Notes under the pieces: generated by a model
The model's input: the letters and a program-made list of their open reading frames with translations, nothing else
What the model was told of the DNA's origin: nothing
Databases searched by the model: none
Part shown: piece by piece, positions 60,575 through 64,000 of the stretch
Layout of the letters: each line of letters starts with the position of its first letter
Numbering within the stretch: position 1 is the first letter of the stretch
Program-made: the position numbers and the translations under genes
Assembly: GCA_039621445.1 (NCBI GenBank)
Contig: CP154954.1
Coordinates: forward strand, 26,672,954 to 26,736,953
Reading direction: 5' to 3'
Source: Euglena gracilis
Taxonomy: Eukaryota
DNA: 64,000 nt

Positions 60575-63415
60575 AGATAGACAGATGGATAGATCGATAG
60601 ATAGATTGAAAGAAAATAGATAGATAGATGGATAGATAGACGCCAAGTTTGCATTTAAGGAGAAGGGCTTAGGCGGCCTAACTCGCACTTAGCTTTGAAA
60701 GTGACTGTAAATTTGCGCCGACGCGCAAATCCCCAAAAAAGTTTGGTTTTCGACCACCGTGGCCTGAGACTCAGGACAGTCTGAAAATAGTGTCTCCCTG
60801 CACCCCAGGGCCTGGGGACGAAAGCAACGACTGGGAACTCCACGGTCCACGGGCACAGCGCTCCCGGGTCCCAGTGTGCATGAACACAAAGCGGCGGGTG
60901 ATGAAACGAGGGGACTCCACTTACTCATTTGCGCTTTGGCGCAAATTTTTAAATTACAAAAAATAAAACCATTTGCGCTTTGGCGCAAATTTTTGACTTT
61001 TTTGTGATTCAACACGTGGGTGACCATTGCCGCATTTGAACAATGATAACAACTTTTGAGTCAACATGTGTTTCCATTTGTGCCAAAGCGCAAGGGGTAG
61101 GCCTATGAAGGATGGAAATTTACGAGTTACCTTGCGCCAAAGCGCAAATAGAAATACAATTTTTAAAATTGCAAAAGCAACATGGCTTGCGCCGAAGCGC
61201 AAATATAACTGTTTAAAACTTATCTCACAACGCAGGGAGAGAACGGCCCTGGTGGAGTAAAACCACCAGAGGAGATAGAGCACAAAAATGTAGAACAGGG
61301 GGACGGAAGCCTACTCTCAGTCACGTTGAGTTAAAACTGGTCAACATTGCGCGTCGGCACAAGAGCCACGTTGCTTTGACAATTTTAAAAGTGTTTTTCT
61401 ACTTGCGCTTTGGCGCAGTATAACTCTTAAATTTCCATTCTTCATGAGCCTACCCATTGCGCTTTGGCGCAACAGCCATCAAGTTGTATTTTCCATTTTT
61501 ATCACTGCGGGTGGAGAGAGCAGTCCTGGGAGCATCTCATCGCCAGAGCGGACAGAGCTCAGATGGAGGGAAGCCTTGCCTGGGACAGGAAGCCAACCCG
61601 TCTGTGAAAACAACCACCAACTTCTTGATAGCTAGACGTGTCTTGTCTTATGCGTTGTAAACCCAACTTCCAGTGCCGGAGGTTCCTCCCACTTGCCTCG
61701 CAGTTAAGCGTGCCTGAGGGGCCCTTCTCTTTGGCCGACTTTTAAAAGTCGGAAAAATTCTGTTTGGAAAAGAACAGGTACCAGATAAACCCTGGGAACC
61801 ACAGCCGAGGAAACAGTTTTAGGCGTTGAAAGGGTGTTTTAATAAAGCTCGTCACCCCCCTTTCCTCGCCCAGGATTTGAAGCACAGAACTTTGGGGATG
61901 AGCGAATGGAATTGAGAAATTGAAAGGGCCCATCAACAACGGCGGAGAAGGGAAGACATGCTGACACACCTTTTTTCGGTATTTTGCAACCCACCAGACA
62001 GCCACATGCCACCAGGCAGATGGAGGCATTGTTCAGCAGAAAAAGCCTTTCTGTCAACATCCCCAAAAACCCCACTTTGTGCACCGAGTGCAAGGTCACT
62101 GAGGCACCACAGCCTACCGCCCACCATTCGTCTTATTGTAACAACCACTTCCTCCCCAGCACCTGAATAGTTCAAAAGCACCAACCCAGCTTCTGGCACA
62201 GCAGCGCACAAACCCTCCTCACCATTCTCCCCTATCCTCCACCTTCTCACACAGCACGAATGCATTCAAATACATCTGCCATTTAAAAGGACATTTGCGC
62301 TTAAGCGCAAATTTTTAGCTTGCGCTTAAGCGCAAATTAAAATTTTGCGCTTAAGCGCAAGCTAAAACTAAAACAGAAGCCGCTGAGCTTGTGGGAGTCC
62401 CTCTGATGTGTTACGGTGTGTCGGGGGCCCCTCTCTGCATGGCCAGAGCGCGGGCTTGGTGAGAAAATACATTTGCGCCGAAGCGCAAGGGACATGCCTA
62501 CATAATGCACTGCTTGTTCATCCACATTACACTTCGGCGCAAGGTATTTCCTCACCAAGCCCGCACTCTCTGGCCTTTCAGAGAGGGGCCCCCGACACAC
62601 CGTAACACATCAGAGGGACTCCCATAAGCCAGGGGCTTCTGTTTTAGCTTGCGCTTAAGCGCAAATTTTTAATTTGCGCTTAAGCGCAAGCTAAAAATTT
62701 GCGCTTAAGCGCAAATGTCCATAACCATTGCCTTCTGTGCCTGGCAGTGTGGGGCCTGGCGTTGCTCACCAGACGTTGGGAGAGGTCCCTAGGCTTGCCC
62801 TCAGTCCCCCCAACCCCCCCCACCTGGGTGGTTCCCGCTGTACCGCTCCTCACGCTTCAAGCACCCAGGGATCACAACTCTGTGGCATGCCGTTTTTTCC
62901 AACTTTTCACAACGTGCATGTAGAGTCCACCCTCTGGATGCCTCAGCAGCCAAACTCTTCACGGACATATCACAGAGCCAAAAAAACAACAAAAAGGGCC
63001 AATTGTCACCTGGACTGTGTGACACCATCCGGGGAACACAGCCAAGGCTTCAAAAACGAGGGACTCACAACGGGGGTTTCGGCCCATTTTTGGGAAAATT
63101 CACGTGTCCCGGCGGTCAAACCCAGGGTTTTGGGCCTTTTTCAAAATGGTGCACAGGCTGAAAAACACCAAAAATGGGCCTGTTCCCCGGGTTCCAACAT
63201 CGGAAAATGATGCACACGCCACCGTGGAGGGTCTCCGCGGAACCAGAGGGTCAAAAGGGTGGGTTCTACCGCCGGGTCTCAAAGAAATCGAAAATTTGCG
63301 CCAAAGCGCAAGCTAAAAATGAAAACCTTAAGTGCGAGTTAGGCCGCCTAAGAAGGGGGACCAAGCCCGAGGGCCTATCTGCCCATCCATCCATCCATCC
63401 ATCCATCCATCTATA
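60575..63415. mobile_element. Putative fold-back/non-autonomous DNA element
   Basis: 24-bp perfect IR 60668-60691 / 63329-63352, flanked by mirror (ATAG/ATGG)n and (CCAT)n tracts; many TTGCGC-N4-GCGCAA palindromes inside. Confidence 0.6.
62289..62720. repeat. ~430-bp near-perfect hairpin with triple TTGCGCTTAAGCGCAA at each end
   Basis: Arms are reverse complements around a short loop near 62500-62525. Confidence 0.9.
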
Positions 63416-64000
63416 GGCCTTTTGCACATGGACGACAAAATTCTTACCTTGGCCCAAACTTGGCCTCGTTGTCCCCCTGGCCTTACCTTCAATCATGGCC
63501 CAGGCTACAGGGGGGGGGGGGATCTGGAGGTGGGGTTTTCCTTTATTTTCAGCGCAAAGCACGGAACTTTTTTTTTTGACCACAAAATTACTCTCCAAAA
63601 GCGGTTCCCCTTGAGGCCCCCCCCTGGGGGGCCACAAGTGGCCACAAAGTGGCAACAAGTGTGTTGTCCCCTGGGGGACAACACACAAATTCTGAAGCAG
63701 ATACGCCCCCGGACATACGGGGAAAGTGAAAGGGAGGGAAACATTACCATTAGGCTCTTGGAATTTTTGGATTGAAGCACTGACCCAGAAAAAAAAATGC
63801 ATCCAGGTCGGCCGGTACAATCCAATTAATGTACCGCACAAAAAAACTCATGCTGAAATAAAAAAAGAACCAGACAGCCCAGCCCCTCCTGAAAGAGAAT
63901 GCAAAAAAAATGACGCAAAAAAAGTGGAACTGCTTAGAAAGAGCTTTGGATTGCAGGTTTTTGGTTTTTCAGCGAACTAAATTCACTGATTCATCCGAAA

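Noticed and set aside
60900-62720. CRISPR array
   Set aside because: 16-bp dyads are irregularly spaced and arranged as inverted arms; no cas genes; eukaryotic context

Overview
Eukaryotic genomic DNA, probably from a repeat-rich protist or alga. The poly-C acceptor tracts, GC-rich short exons and many DIRS elements would fit a euglenid, but that is only an inference. Bases ~1-9.8 kb hold phase-compatible exons of an unidentified + strand host gene, with MITEs and microsatellites in the introns. Bases ~10.8-59 kb are a deeply nested, mostly decayed retrotransposon cluster: (1) several DIRS elements (RT-RH-N6-adenine MTase-tyrosine recombinase); (2) a 15.3 kb Ty3/Gypsy chromovirus-type element carrying a C5-cytosine DNA methyltransferase between gag and protease; (3) three different non-autonomous LTR elements whose PBS is complementary to their own LTR with co-varying sequence, suggesting Tf1-like self-priming, one of which carries only an open Dam-like MTase ORF; (4) a young 584-bp-LTR non-autonomous element; (5) a 1 kb TRIM whose LTRs contain a tRNA-derived pol III cassette; (6) an ~18 kb spacer-less palindromic duplication centred at 38252/38253. 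The last 5 kb contain a hAT-type MITE and a fold-back element rich in TTGCGC-N4-GCGCAA palindromes. All calls come from manual motif and repeat reading; no database searches were run.
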